From assembly GCA_044370175.1 (NCBI GenBank), contig JBILVZ010000004.1, positions 1 through 59,484 on the forward strand: a DNA stretch of 59,484 nt, given 5' to 3'. The stretch is from Methylococcaceae bacterium. GTDB lineage: Bacteria; Patescibacteriota; Microgenomatia; UBA1400; PJMF01. This document shows, piece after piece, positions 38,134-48,135 of the stretch. Position numbers and translations under genes: made by a program. The first letter of the stretch is position 1. The number at the start of each line of letters is the position of its first letter. The notes under the pieces were generated by a model. It searched no databases. It was given only the letters and a program-made list of their open reading frames with translations, and was not told the origin of the DNA.

Positions 38134-39681
38134 TTATCGGAAAGTTTGCAGCATGACAAGGTGTGCATAGAGTTGTTGGGCGTATAGCGCAGGATCCTCA
38201 CTCAGCTCTGTTTCAACCTGTACTTGAGCCTTAGCAGCAGCACGTTCTGAGTAAACGACTTCTTTAATATCAGGGAAACAGATAGCAAGGAAGTTATCAT
38301 CTTCTGCATTGAGGTTCTGCCATCTTTCCATCACCTTTAGGCGTATCAGTGCTGGTGCAATACCCAGTTGCCGCAAGAAGATTCGGCTTGTTTCAAGCAT
38401 TTGAGCTTCTTTGACGTAATAAGCTAGCTTTTCTTGATTGCCACCCAATCGGTTATATAAATATTCATACCAGTTTTTCATTTCACTAATAGCAATATCT
38501 TTGTAGCCGCCACCAGAGTGCATCATATAAAAATGACCTAATTCTGTGTAACGCAACTCACTTTGACGATCGTGTTCTAATTGAGCCGTAACCGTCAGTA
38601 AGTATTCCAGCTCCTTCTCTTCTCCTTTACTTACTGGCAGTATTTCTCCCGTAAAATCAGTACCTGTAAGCGCTTGTATTCTCGAGAACATTGCCACTAC
38701 ATAGTCTTCAACTTTGTCCTTGTGAGGCTTAGAGAATACGTCTGCATTAAATTCCACTGCCTTAATTATTTTTTTTAGTGTCATTAATCCATCACCTAAG
38801 TTAAATGCACGAGGATGCGTGGAAGGATCCCCATCATCCAGTGTTAAAAGTGTACGGAGTAAGCCAGTCTCTATTACATTTCCCTGTTCATCAATTTTTT
38901 CTGCAAATGCAGCAGGAATCTCCTCATGAGCACGGGTATCCTGAGTAAACCAGCGGCCCAAGTCATGCAGAAGTGCACGAGCCATCATAAAATATACATC
39001 CACCTGTAATTTCGTCTGATCCTGGTCAGGACGTGCATACTTCTCTATCTGAGCATTCCAAGCTGTAAAGTATTCATAGGTGTATAGCAAGACACAGTCG
39101 ATGTGCTGCATCGTACGCTGTCTAAAGTTCATCACTTGCTGTTCTTTGGAGTACTGAGTAATAGGGTTACAGTCCCAAATCGGGAACCACTCTGGGATCC
39201 ACTGAATTAAAAAATCACGCAAATCAAACACTAGTCCAGGGGTGAGCTCTCGGCCACGAGTATACAGCGCTGTTTCTCCAAACTGATTTCTAAAGGCATG
39301 TTCAAAACTTTTAACACGCTCCACCAACTTTTCTGCATCAGCACGATACTGCTCAATGGCAGCTTCCTTTTCGGCACGCGCTGGGTCATTATCTCTAATT
39401 TTATATTTGTTATTTCGTTCAATTTGCTCCAAAAAAAATTCAGGGGCAAGTGTGTGTATGTTTGGAGCTTGGGTATAAATTGGATTATCTATACCATTAA
39501 TTTCGCTGGGATTAGCAAGTATTTCATCAAGTAAACCTTGAAACTCATATGCAAAAAACTCTGGGCGAGTATCAAGAAATCTAAATAATTCACGAGGAAT
39601 TAGAGGATGATATAGGTGAGAATTAGAATCAACTGAAGGTTTAGTTTCTATTACTTGACGTGTAAGTGGTTCTCTTTGCAT
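38134..39681 (-). CDS. Large HD-like domain protein
   Basis: QHI..ALLHDLGR..AHEE..NADVFSK. Confidence 0.55.
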   Translation of the reverse strand: MQREPLTRQVIETKPSVDSNSHLYHPLIPRELFRFLDTRPEFFAYEFQGLLDEILANPSEINGIDNPIYTQAPNIHTLAPEFFLEQIERNNKYKIRDNDPARAEKEAAIEQYRADAEKLVERVKSFEHAFRNQFGETALYTRGRELTPGLVFDLRDFLIQWIPEWFPIWDCNPITQYSKEQQVMNFRQRTMQHIDCVLLYTYEYFTAWNAQIEKYARPDQDQTKLQVDVYFMMARALLHDLGRWFTQDTRAHEEIPAAFAEKIDEQGNVIETGLLRTLLTLDDGDPSTHPRAFNLGDGLMTLKKIIKAVEFNADVFSKPHKDKVEDYVVAMFSRIQALTGTDFTGEILPVSKGEEKELEYLLTVTAQLEHDRQSELRYTELGHFYMMHSGGGYKDIAISEMKNWYEYLYNRLGGNQEKLAYYVKEAQMLETSRIFLRQLGIAPALIRLKVMERWQNLNAEDDNFLAICFPDIKEVVYSERAAAKAQVQVETELSEDPALYAQQLYAHLVMLQTFR

Positions 39682-39720
39682 TTTTTAATGCGTTTATACA
39701 TATTTTTTACGCATTAAAAA
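39682..39720. repeat. 12-bp inverted repeat
   Basis: TTTTTAATGCGT-15 nt-ACGCATTAAAAA abutting the start codon at 39681. Confidence 0.7.
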
Positions 39721-39770
39721 GGTATCATAGCACGTATGACATATAAAGTCAAACTGTTATAGGATGTCCC

Positions 39771-40406
39771 TTATTGCTGTAGCTTTTTTTTCACCTTCTC
39801 CCAGACCATCTCCGTTACTTTTTCCAGAGTTTGTGCAGCATCAATCACCTGCCAACGGCCCGTGGTATCTTCTTTTGCCAGATCTAAATATGCTTGGCGG
39901 ACTTTTTCATGAAAGTTGAGCCCTTCCATCTCAAAACGATTGTTGCCACCTGCTTCATCCTGACGGCGCAGTCCAATTTTGTGATCAACATCGAGTAAGA
40001 TGGTCAAATCTGGATAGGTGTCTTTGGTAGAGATGTTGTTGAGTTGATCAATTAATTCCTTACCAAACCCTCGAACAATGCCTTGATAGACGACACTACT
40101 GTCTCGAGAACGATCCATCACCACTACTTTACCTGCATCAAGTGAAGGCAAGACGATTTCGCGGTAAATCTGCGCCCGCGCAGCCTGGAATAACAGTACT
40201 TCCGTGGTATAGGAGATACCAGCATTTTTAGCTGAAAGCACAACTTTGCGAATCTGCTCACTGATTACTGTACCACCTGGTTCGCGCAACAACACCACAT
40301 CGCGGCCAGCAGCAATGAGCTTGTCACGCAACCGAACGACTTGCGTAGTTTTTCCCCCACCTTCGCCACCTTCAAACGTGATTAAAAAACCTTGTTTTGT
40401 GCTCAT
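39771..40406 (-). CDS. tmk: Thymidylate kinase
   Basis: ITFEGGEGGGKTTQ, REPGGT, MDRS..YQG; GGAGG SD. Confidence 0.96.
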   Translation of the reverse strand: MSTKQGFLITFEGGEGGGKTTQVVRLRDKLIAAGRDVVLLREPGGTVISEQIRKVVLSAKNAGISYTTEVLLFQAARAQIYREIVLPSLDAGKVVVMDRSRDSSVVYQGIVRGFGKELIDQLNNISTKDTYPDLTILLDVDHKIGLRRQDEAGGNNRFEMEGLNFHEKVRQAYLDLAKEDTTGRWQVIDAAQTLEKVTEMVWEKVKKKLQQ

Positions 40407-40466
40407 ACACCTCCATAATACTTGCTGATACCTACATACTGCGCTCGTATGGGATTGCAGTCGCTA

Positions 40467-41246
40467 TTATTTTCTAGTTGCCATCAGTATACCAGAGGGA
40501 AGCACTACAGGACTAAACCAGAGATCCTCCTCAAGCATAAAGTCACCTGATTTTGGTTGCAATTCTAAACGAAGTTTCAGCTTGGCTTGGGCGGTAGCTG
40601 AGTTGCGCCAATCTTTTAAAAGATCCCTATGCTGTTGCCAATCACTCGGATTGAGAGTTCTCATGACATGTTTTCTGATTAGTCGTAGCATCACTTCAAG
40701 ATGTCGATATAACGCCATACTATCCCCCTCATCTGTCAGTTCTCTGCCAGATTGCGGATCAATTGGTTGGAATAATTCTGGAGGACGGTTGGAGGTTACT
40801 TTTGTAATAGTTTGTTCCATGAGCTGGAATAACTGCTGTGGTGAGATATGTGTATGATGTGCAAAGGAATGTAATAACCGAAAAGCCTCCACAAACGCAA
40901 TCGGATTATCTTGACCATCAAGAATGGCTACAGTCAATTGCTCATAAAAGTTAGAGTCGTTGACTTCACCGTTTGAGGAATATAACCGCTGCTTACCTAA
41001 AACCTGTTCAAGTACTCCTAAAGAAGTTACCAATGATACCAAAAAAACGATGATATCATGGTATTCCATCCCCCACTCCTGTATATTTTCTGGACTTTCG
41101 CCAAATGCTTCACGTAGCTCGTCTACTTCACCAATTGCCAATTGAAACAAACCGTACAATTGAATCAAATCTATGTGTGACAACAATGGGAGTTGTTGAC
41201 GCATCTCTACCACTTGTATTGAAAGCTGTTCAAAAAATTTAGGCAC
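40467..41246 (-). CDS. Hypothetical protein with MazG-like all-alpha NTP-pyrophosphatase pattern
   Basis: GEVDELREA..EWGMEYHDIIVF; start uncertain (GTG 41246 chosen to avoid overlap with dut). Confidence 0.5.
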   Translation of the reverse strand: MPKFFEQLSIQVVEMRQQLPLLSHIDLIQLYGLFQLAIGEVDELREAFGESPENIQEWGMEYHDIIVFLVSLVTSLGVLEQVLGKQRLYSSNGEVNDSNFYEQLTVAILDGQDNPIAFVEAFRLLHSFAHHTHISPQQLFQLMEQTITKVTSNRPPELFQPIDPQSGRELTDEGDSMALYRHLEVMLRLIRKHVMRTLNPSDWQQHRDLLKDWRNSATAQAKLKLRLELQPKSGDFMLEEDLWFSPVVLPSGILMATRK

Positions 41247-41320
41247 GTTTTTTATCCAACCACAATATGTAGTGGTTGTGCAAGTATTGAAAATACTAAA
41301 TTTTGTGAAAATGCTGTTGC

Positions 41321-41752
41321 TTAGGTTGTACCGGTGCTGCCAAAACCACCACGGTCTACAGTAATAAATTTTTCTTGTTCTTGCCAAATAATCTTCTGTC
41401 GTGCAAGCACGATCACTTGTACAATCCGCTCACCACGTTCCACCACTACATCCTTGTCTGCGAAGTTATAGAGTGCCGCTTTGTATTCATCGCCATCACC
41501 GCGGTAATCATAGTCCCCAATCCCAATACCGTTGGCCATCAGCAAACCTTTTTTATGCAAACTACTGCGAGGGGACATCAATACAAAGTGGTCTTGAGGA
41601 ATTTGGAGCGCAATATTGAGCGGTACGTACCCTACGCCTCGAGCTGGAATAGTAGTGGCTACTCGAGCATACAAATCAAGTGCTGCTGCACCTGAGGTTT
41701 TGTACTCAGGCAGTGGCAAAGTGGTATCAAAACGTTTGATTTGTATAATCAT
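41321..41752 (-). CDS. dut: Trimeric dUTPase
   Basis: GAAALDL, PRSS, GIGDYDYRG, RGGFGSTG. Confidence 0.95.
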   Translation of the reverse strand: MIIQIKRFDTTLPLPEYKTSGAAALDLYARVATTIPARGVGYVPLNIALQIPQDHFVLMSPRSSLHKKGLLMANGIGIGDYDYRGDGDEYKAALYNFADKDVVVERGERIVQVIVLARQKIIWQEQEKFITVDRGGFGSTGTT

Positions 41753-41767
41753 GAAGATTTTAGCTAC

Positions 41768-42316
41768 CTACTTTTCTACCGTATATTCTAACAAAATTGT
41801 TTGTTCTGATAGTTTTTGTAGTGATCCCAAAGTTAATTTATTTTGGAGCGTGCCAGAAAAAAGTTTGATTCCCTCACCAAATACCACGGGCTCTATGGTC
41901 AGATACACGGTATTGATCAGACCTGCCTGCATAAACTGAGTGTAGACACTCGAACCACCACACACCGCCACCTCAGTGATCTTTTTGGTTGTGCCATCAG
42001 CATCCATCAAGGCTGTAGTTTCCAGTTGAGACAGTAGTTCCGCAGGAGCCAACGAGGTGTACTCTACTTGGGAATCCGGAATTTCTGAGAATTTTTCTGG
42101 TTTTGATTGTGAAGACAGCACATAGATTTTTCTGCCTGGCAAAGCTCGGCCAATCGTCTCAAACGTCGTCCTGCCCACCACCATCACACCAGCCTCTTTT
42201 GTCCGATCTCTAAAGAATTTTTTATCTTCAGCACTCGTCCATTCTGTGGAGGCCTGGTGCTCTCCTCGGTCAATGAATCCATCTGCTGAAACCGCTGCGA
42301 TCAGGAATACGTGCAT
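41768..42316 (-). CDS. folA: Dihydrofolate reductase
   Basis: IAAVSADGFI, DKKFFR..VGRTTFETIGRALPGR, CGGSSVY. Confidence 0.88.
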   Translation of the reverse strand: MHVFLIAAVSADGFIDRGEHQASTEWTSAEDKKFFRDRTKEAGVMVVGRTTFETIGRALPGRKIYVLSSQSKPEKFSEIPDSQVEYTSLAPAELLSQLETTALMDADGTTKKITEVAVCGGSSVYTQFMQAGLINTVYLTIEPVVFGEGIKLFSGTLQNKLTLGSLQKLSEQTILLEYTVEK

Positions 42317-42338
42317 ATATCTTTCTTAAGATGCTATT

Positions 42339-42623
42339 CTAGCGTCCGAACTTGAAGATATCAAACTCTTCTTGTGATTGTTTTTGTATGTCTTGCAGAG
42401 TTTGTGAGGTTGTCTGGAGTGACTCCATAATTGGTTGCAAAATTGGCCAGACTTGACTCATAAAGAGATTGACAACTATCAAGAGAAAAATCGCCTGCAA
42501 AACTATTCCCCCCAGAGCCCTCCCTGCTCCCGCAATCAAGTTGCGCCAGAAAACTTCCCACTTGGAGACATCATAGATTGTTTTTGTTGCCGTGATTTCA
42601 TCTGGATCTGGAAGTAGTGTCAT
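42339..42623 (-). CDS. Small membrane protein (DUF5665-like)
   Basis: FWRNLIAGAGRALG followed by a TM helix. Confidence 0.55.
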   Translation of the reverse strand: MTLLPDPDEITATKTIYDVSKWEVFWRNLIAGAGRALGGIVLQAIFLLIVVNLFMSQVWPILQPIMESLQTTSQTLQDIQKQSQEEFDIFKFGR

Positions 42624-42655
42624 AGGCTCAGTATACCAGATATTTTTTATGTATT

Positions 42656-43783
42656 TCAGTTCTTCAAAGGACGGACGTCTTGGGGGAACGTTGAAAAGTC
42701 TAAGGTGTCAGCCTTTGTCTGAATATTTGTTTCCTGTTGTCGCATCCAAGACAAAAAACTCTCACTGCGTGCACGCGCCACATTGGCCTCAACAATATTT
42801 CGAGTATCTTCAGCAAAATTATAATAAAACCACTTAAAAACCTTTGCAAAACTCTCTGGCTGCAGCGGATGTGTAGCAAAGTCCAAGCTAAAATGTGCCA
42901 ACTTTCCCATACCCTTACTGTCCAGCACTTCATTGACCATCGCCATCATCCATGAATTATTTACCCCATCAAAAAAGTGATAGCGGACATTCCAATAAGC
43001 CTTGGCTACGTGATCTAAAACTTCTTCAGGATCTTTTGCTTGCAGTGCCAGTTTATACTCTTGACGCATGTTTTCTATGGCAGGTTTAATATGCTCAGCC
43101 CACGGGTAGTGAAATGAGCCAAATAACATAAATCCATCGGTACCTCGATCGGGTTGTACACCATGAGCGCCGTATTTGTATGATTTTGTACTGGATCCGT
43201 TTAAAAAATATGGATCATTCGTTTGCTCTGCGAGATAATCAACAAACGTAATTCCTCCCAAGTTCTGCTCAGAGAAAAAATTATTTTCTTCACGATATTT
43301 GCCAGGTAGTATCTTTCCCTTCATATCCGCAGAAACACCTTGGTATTGATCAGGAGTATTTTGATCGGCAAGCACGGTTCCTGTCAGGATCACTCTATGA
43401 ATTGAGGGAATAAACTGCGAGTACCAACTTTCAGGGTCATCTACATACCGCCTCAGATGGTAGCCGATATAGTTTTCTGCTTTTCTATAATTTTCTCGAT
43501 ATGTATCGTTTGCAATAACTTCGTGCAGAGGATCTCGACCCATATCTGCCCAACCTCTAGAGCCAGCCGATTCTTCTAGTAGCCGAGTTCTTACTTTAGG
43601 CAACCCTGCGGGTTGCGGTTCTCTCCAAAATACTCGTCGTGCACGTTGCAGTAGAGAGTGCTGTGCAGGAAACTGCATACTCTCTTTTTTAGTGCCCCAC
43701 CATTCTTTCAGTTGCTTGCCAAAATCTGGTTTGTCCTCCTGCTCAATCAATTGGTAATGATCCATGGTTACTTCTGCAGGCAT
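42656..43783 (-). CDS. Fido/Fic-like protein with non-canonical motif
   Basis: IHRVIL..PGKYR..RYHFFDGVNNSWMMAMVN; start set by TGgTATAGT 6 nt upstream. Confidence 0.55.
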   Translation of the reverse strand: MPAEVTMDHYQLIEQEDKPDFGKQLKEWWGTKKESMQFPAQHSLLQRARRVFWREPQPAGLPKVRTRLLEESAGSRGWADMGRDPLHEVIANDTYRENYRKAENYIGYHLRRYVDDPESWYSQFIPSIHRVILTGTVLADQNTPDQYQGVSADMKGKILPGKYREENNFFSEQNLGGITFVDYLAEQTNDPYFLNGSSTKSYKYGAHGVQPDRGTDGFMLFGSFHYPWAEHIKPAIENMRQEYKLALQAKDPEEVLDHVAKAYWNVRYHFFDGVNNSWMMAMVNEVLDSKGMGKLAHFSLDFATHPLQPESFAKVFKWFYYNFAEDTRNIVEANVARARSESFLSWMRQQETNIQTKADTLDFSTFPQDVRPLKN

Positions 43784-43895
43784 AGGTTTACTATACCATG
43801 GAGCATACAGGCAACAATATAGTTTCAGCTTGAAAATATGTTTTGTCTGCGCTACAACTATCGCATGCGAGAAACGACACGGAAAAAATAACCTC

Positions 43896-44447
43896 ATGCC
43901 AAACTCCAGAATCATCTCTAGTTACGCTGAGCTTCCAGCGCTCGTAAAAAAATACCGTGCTGCTGGCAAAAAAATCATCCTCACCCAAGGCACTTTTGAT
44001 CTGATTCACATTGGACATGCGCGCTACTTGGCTGAGGCTAAATTACATGGCGATGTTTTATTTGTCGGGGTGGATAGTGATGAAAAGGTGCGCAGGCGCA
44101 AAGGCCCCGATCGACCGGTTGTGCCAGAACAAGAACGCTGTGAGATGCTCACCTATTTGCAGTCTGTGGATCATGTTGTTTTAAAACCAGATCTGCCAGA
44201 AAAATGGAAGCTGATGAAGATTATTGCGCCTGATGTTTTAATAGCTACACGAGAAACCTACAGTGCTGCCCAAATTACAGAACTAGAAAAACTGTGTGGC
44301 AAGGTGGTGGTACTAGAGCCGATGGCTACTACTTCCACCAGTGCCAAGATCCGCCGCGTTCAAATTGGTGCAGCCAAGGAAATGAGCAAAACCCTCTCAA
44401 CTCGCTTGATAAAAGCCATCGAAGACGCACTTACAGAGTTGAAATAG
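43896..44447 (+). CDS. Cytidylyl/adenylyltransferase (TagD/RfaE-like)
   Basis: GTFDLIHIGHARYL, GVDSDE..KGPDRP, STSAKI. Confidence 0.9.
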   Translation: MPNSRIISSYAELPALVKKYRAAGKKIILTQGTFDLIHIGHARYLAEAKLHGDVLFVGVDSDEKVRRRKGPDRPVVPEQERCEMLTYLQSVDHVVLKPDLPEKWKLMKIIAPDVLIATRETYSAAQITELEKLCGKVVVLEPMATTSTSAKIRRVQIGAAKEMSKTLSTRLIKAIEDALTELK

Positions 44448-44477
44448 GCTGTACCGCCAAAGCACACTGTACTCAAA

Positions 44478-45284
44478 CTACTCTTCTAAAACAGCTTGTC
44501 TAAAAACTTCTAAGACTGCCATCAGAAAAGTTGGTGATGGATGAGTGACAGCAATATCTGCTTCCAGGTGCCCTTGGAAACCAAGGTAAAATTTCTTTTT
44601 TGGATGAACGAGTACTTCGACAACTCCGCTCGGAGAAGTCCCAACAACGTGCAGGTCTCGCAAAGTTGCTGAATCAACTGCTTGATGATGCATTGATCTA
44701 ATAGGAATATTGACTGGTCTATCATTGGTAAATGCTTCAGGCCGATAGTGTGCCATAATTTCTTCAACGAGTGGATTTCCTCGCTCAAAAATCACCTGAT
44801 GGACTGCTTCAGGCTGGTAGAGGTCTGCATACACGCCGCCCACTTTCCCGTGCGTTTCCTGTGGTAAAACATCAGGCAAATGCTGTAGTAATGCAGCTCC
44901 GTCAGCTACAGCGAGCAGCTGCATTCCTCTGCAAAACGCCAGAACCGGTATGTTGCGCTCAAGAGCCACTGAGAGCAACACATATAACTCTAGGTAGTCA
45001 CGTTGGTGATCTGGTGTATCAGTGGTGGGATGGGCTCTTTGCCCATACAGTTCAGGATTAATATCTGTGCCACCTGGAATGATGATGCCTGCTGCAAACT
45101 TGAGATAGTGTTGGAGGAGTGCATCAGACATCCCTCCATGCACAATCATATACGGCAGCCCTATCCGATTGAGACACTCTAAAACTGTGTTGCGTACACC
45201 AAGTACACCAGCTTTTTCAGGGGTTTGTGTAGAAACCAAGACAAACTTCCCACGAGTTTCTGTTTGCATAGACCGTTGCTCCAT
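44478..45284 (-). CDS. Class I glutamine amidotransferase (peptidase C26, PuuD-like)
   Basis: PGGTDINPELYG, RDYLE, AFCRGMQ, SMHHQAV, QGHLE. Confidence 0.85.
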   Translation of the reverse strand: MEQRSMQTETRGKFVLVSTQTPEKAGVLGVRNTVLECLNRIGLPYMIVHGGMSDALLQHYLKFAAGIIIPGGTDINPELYGQRAHPTTDTPDHQRDYLELYVLLSVALERNIPVLAFCRGMQLLAVADGAALLQHLPDVLPQETHGKVGGVYADLYQPEAVHQVIFERGNPLVEEIMAHYRPEAFTNDRPVNIPIRSMHHQAVDSATLRDLHVVGTSPSGVVEVLVHPKKKFYLGFQGHLEADIAVTHPSPTFLMAVLEVFRQAVLEE

Positions 45285-45325
45285 TTCACAAAAAAGACCA
45301 GTATGGTATGGTATAGTTTACACCT

Positions 45326-46231
45326 ATGACTGTACTTCTTGCTTACATTCCGGTTATTCATGCAGGGTATCTTCAGCTTTTTAGTGAGTATTTTACAAAA
45401 CAAGCAGCTACAGACCATACACAAAAAGTCCTCTATCTTATCCCACCCGCACTTGCACAAGAATTTGGGCCCTCCCATAAAGATATCCACGGACTTCCCG
45501 TTCAGGTAATCAAAAAATGTATTGAGACTTTAGGACTTTTTGACCAAGTGGAAGTTCTAAATCCAAAAATTATCGCTTCGCTTGCTACTACTGAGACAAG
45601 TCTACACATTCCCGATGAAGTAATTACTCGACAGCTTGTTACAAAATATTTATTCAACTGCACAGTCACTACGAGTAGTATTTTCCTGCGCTGGGATAGC
45701 GAAAATGCCACTAAAACTTTTGAGCCACAAGCTGTCAAACTACCCGCTGAGGAGCTGGCAGCACTTCGCACAGACATACCTGAACAGCTCATGCGTGTGG
45801 CACAAAATGAGGGCGCTCGATCTTCTGATTGGTGGCGACAAGTGGGAGCTGTGGCAGTGCGCAAGGCAGCAGACGGGAGTACCTCAATTATTGCGCAAGC
45901 CTACAATACGCACCTCCCCTCAGAGCAGCAACCATACGTGGAGGGAGATGGGCGAGCACAGTTTCATAAAGGTGTAGAAATGGACAAAACAACTGCTATT
46001 CATGCCGAGGCAAAATTAATTGCCGAAGCAGCAAAAGCAGGAGTTTCACTTGCAGATGCCGATTTATATGTGACAGACTTCCCCTGCCCCACCTGTGCTA
46101 AATTGATAGCCACGGCTGGTTTCAAGCGCATCTTCTATGAAAAAGGCTATGCAGTTTTTGATGGCGAGCGTGTCTTACAAACAGCAGGGGTGGAAATAAT
46201 TGCTGTGAAAGATAGTACGCTGCTCAAGTGA
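45326..46231 (+). CDS. dCMP deaminase family protein with N-terminal nucleotidyltransferase-like domain
   Basis: HAEAKL..FPCPTCAKLI zinc motif; N-terminal AYIPVIHAGY. Confidence 0.85.
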   Translation: MTVLLAYIPVIHAGYLQLFSEYFTKQAATDHTQKVLYLIPPALAQEFGPSHKDIHGLPVQVIKKCIETLGLFDQVEVLNPKIIASLATTETSLHIPDEVITRQLVTKYLFNCTVTTSSIFLRWDSENATKTFEPQAVKLPAEELAALRTDIPEQLMRVAQNEGARSSDWWRQVGAVAVRKAADGSTSIIAQAYNTHLPSEQQPYVEGDGRAQFHKGVEMDKTTAIHAEAKLIAEAAKAGVSLADADLYVTDFPCPTCAKLIATAGFKRIFYEKGYAVFDGERVLQTAGVEIIAVKDSTLLK

Positions 46232-47573
46232 GTTGAAGATTAACTAGCTGTCGGAGGGTACTTTCGAACTGCTGTTTTCGCTCTGCCAGATCTGTATATT
46301 CTCTACCCACTTCAATATACCGTCGTATGGTGGGATCAATAGCACTATCGAAAAAAGAAACACCATGGAAATCTGTCAGAGTCACCTGGATTTTGCGTGA
46401 CCCAGTTTCCCAAACAACTTCTGCACTTCTAAAAGTACCAGCCAAGTCACGTTTTACAGTACATCTAAAAGTACCCTGCGCAGTTTTGCTTTGCCATTCT
46501 GAAATTACTCTATCTAGGTACCTTCTCTTGACCATGTTATTGGCTGGTAACCGCTCAGTCCAAAGCAAAAATATATCAATTTTATCTTTCATCCAGGCGG
46601 CTTCCTGTACTAAGTGGTTTCTCCCCACTTCAGTACGGTGAAATCTACTTACAAATGCAGGCCTCACAGCATTATAGTTCTCTAAATGTAACATGGCGTG
46701 TGATGCATCATAGGTCGAGCCATTTGCATCTATTGCTTGTACCCAACTCTTTCTCTGACCAGCAGCATAAAAACCACACTTAGCTAGTTTAATATCTAAA
46801 ATTCTGCCAATAAAGTTTGCCATTCTTTCTGAAAAACCAATTTCACTTGCAAGTTGTAGAGCAGCTGCTGAGCCATGTTCTTGTGCATCATTAGAAAATG
46901 AAAAGCTACTGCCATTTGTACTGCTTTGGCGATGAGTTCTGCTAAAAATTCTTAAATAGTACGTCCAAATATGTCCTGCTTCGTGTAATATAGCCCTCAC
47001 TTGATCAACCTGATGTACTTCTCCTAGAGTAAGGCCTTCGCCCGCAGAAAAGGAATACAAATTCTTTAAACTCAATTCTTTTTCATCTGCTGGAGTAGTT
47101 GGATTTCTAAAAATGAGGCGAAAATCAATTGGAATGTGTTGTGCTGCTCCTTGATATATCGGTAGCAGTGATTGCAGTGAGACTGCGGTACCAGTGCTAT
47201 TGTTGATGAGATAAATATCTTCAGCCTCATACGCAACTTGTTGCTTGAGTGCGTCTGGCTCTAGAAGCACTTTCATGGAAAATTCATGTGTACCATTCCA
47301 GCCTGATACGTCCAGGCACCACAATGTATTTTCTGGATGTCTAAGTACCTTTACTTCTGGACGTTTCTGCAGTTGCTCTAAAAAATAGTGAGCTCGTGTT
47401 GTACTACCATTAAAAATGGTGTTTATAATTTCAGTTTGTGAACACTCCACCCAACCTTGTTGTAGAGCTTCAGGCGTAATAAGTTTCGGAACAATATCTC
47501 TAAATGAAGCAGTATTTAATTTTTCTTTGACTTCATAACCTGTTGGAATCGGTACTGTATCGAGACTTATCAT
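46224..47573 (-). CDS. Hypothetical protein with HExxH zinc-metallopeptidase motif
   Basis: AILHEAGH with downstream SERMAN. Confidence 0.55.
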   Translation of the reverse strand: MISLDTVPIPTGYEVKEKLNTASFRDIVPKLITPEALQQGWVECSQTEIINTIFNGSTTRAHYFLEQLQKRPEVKVLRHPENTLWCLDVSGWNGTHEFSMKVLLEPDALKQQVAYEAEDIYLINNSTGTAVSLQSLLPIYQGAAQHIPIDFRLIFRNPTTPADEKELSLKNLYSFSAGEGLTLGEVHQVDQVRAILHEAGHIWTYYLRIFSRTHRQSSTNGSSFSFSNDAQEHGSAAALQLASEIGFSERMANFIGRILDIKLAKCGFYAAGQRKSWVQAIDANGSTYDASHAMLHLENYNAVRPAFVSRFHRTEVGRNHLVQEAAWMKDKIDIFLLWTERLPANNMVKRRYLDRVISEWQSKTAQGTFRCTVKRDLAGTFRSAEVVWETGSRKIQVTLTDFHGVSFFDSAIDPTIRRYIEVGREYTDLAERKQQFESTLRQLVNLQLT

Positions 47574-47671
47574 TACCTTCTATAGTAACAAACTATGCTA
47601 GTAGTTTCTGATGCAGTTATTCACTCTGACTATCAGTTTGCTTTTCAACTTGAGGGGAACTGGCCATAATA

Positions 47672-48121
47672 TCATCGCTTCTTGCCTATCTTTATCCGTA
47701 CCGGCTCATACCCTTCAGCTTCAATATCTGGTACCAGAAACTGGGCATGGAGATGCGCCACCGTACCAGCAGAATAATCGGTGTCCCCAAAGCGCATAGC
47801 TAGACCACCACCGGGCACTTGGTACGCTGCCTCGGCCCACTGTGCCAGCTCAATCAGTTCTTTACCCGCTGCAGGATCCATTTCTTGCAACGTGGTGATG
47901 TGATTTTTATGAATAAACAGGAGATGTAGTTTGGTAAATGTGTACGGCCACTGATTTGTGGTCACGAGCCAGAACTTGCCCTCTTTCAAGATAGGTTGCG
48001 TATGGTATTTGGCTAAATTTTCACTACAAAATGGGCAGTGATCTGCATCGATGATTTCTTGCATGACCTGACGCTGTTCGTCCACTCGAGCATTATCAAG
48101 ATCAACATGCTGGTTTTTCAT
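47672..48121 (-). CDS. HIT-superfamily protein, HxHxQ type
   Basis: CPFC, NQWPY, GTVAHLHAQ. Confidence 0.85.
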   Translation of the reverse strand: MKNQHVDLDNARVDEQRQVMQEIIDADHCPFCSENLAKYHTQPILKEGKFWLVTTNQWPYTFTKLHLLFIHKNHITTLQEMDPAAGKELIELAQWAEAAYQVPGGGLAMRFGDTDYSAGTVAHLHAQFLVPDIEAEGYEPVRIKIGKKR

Positions 48122-48135
48122 AGCCTCTGTACCCT

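Noticed and set aside
43764-43915. Apparent head-to-head overlap of the Fic-like and cytidylyltransferase ORFs
   Set aside because: An artefact of longest-ORF starts; better starts are 43783 and 43896.
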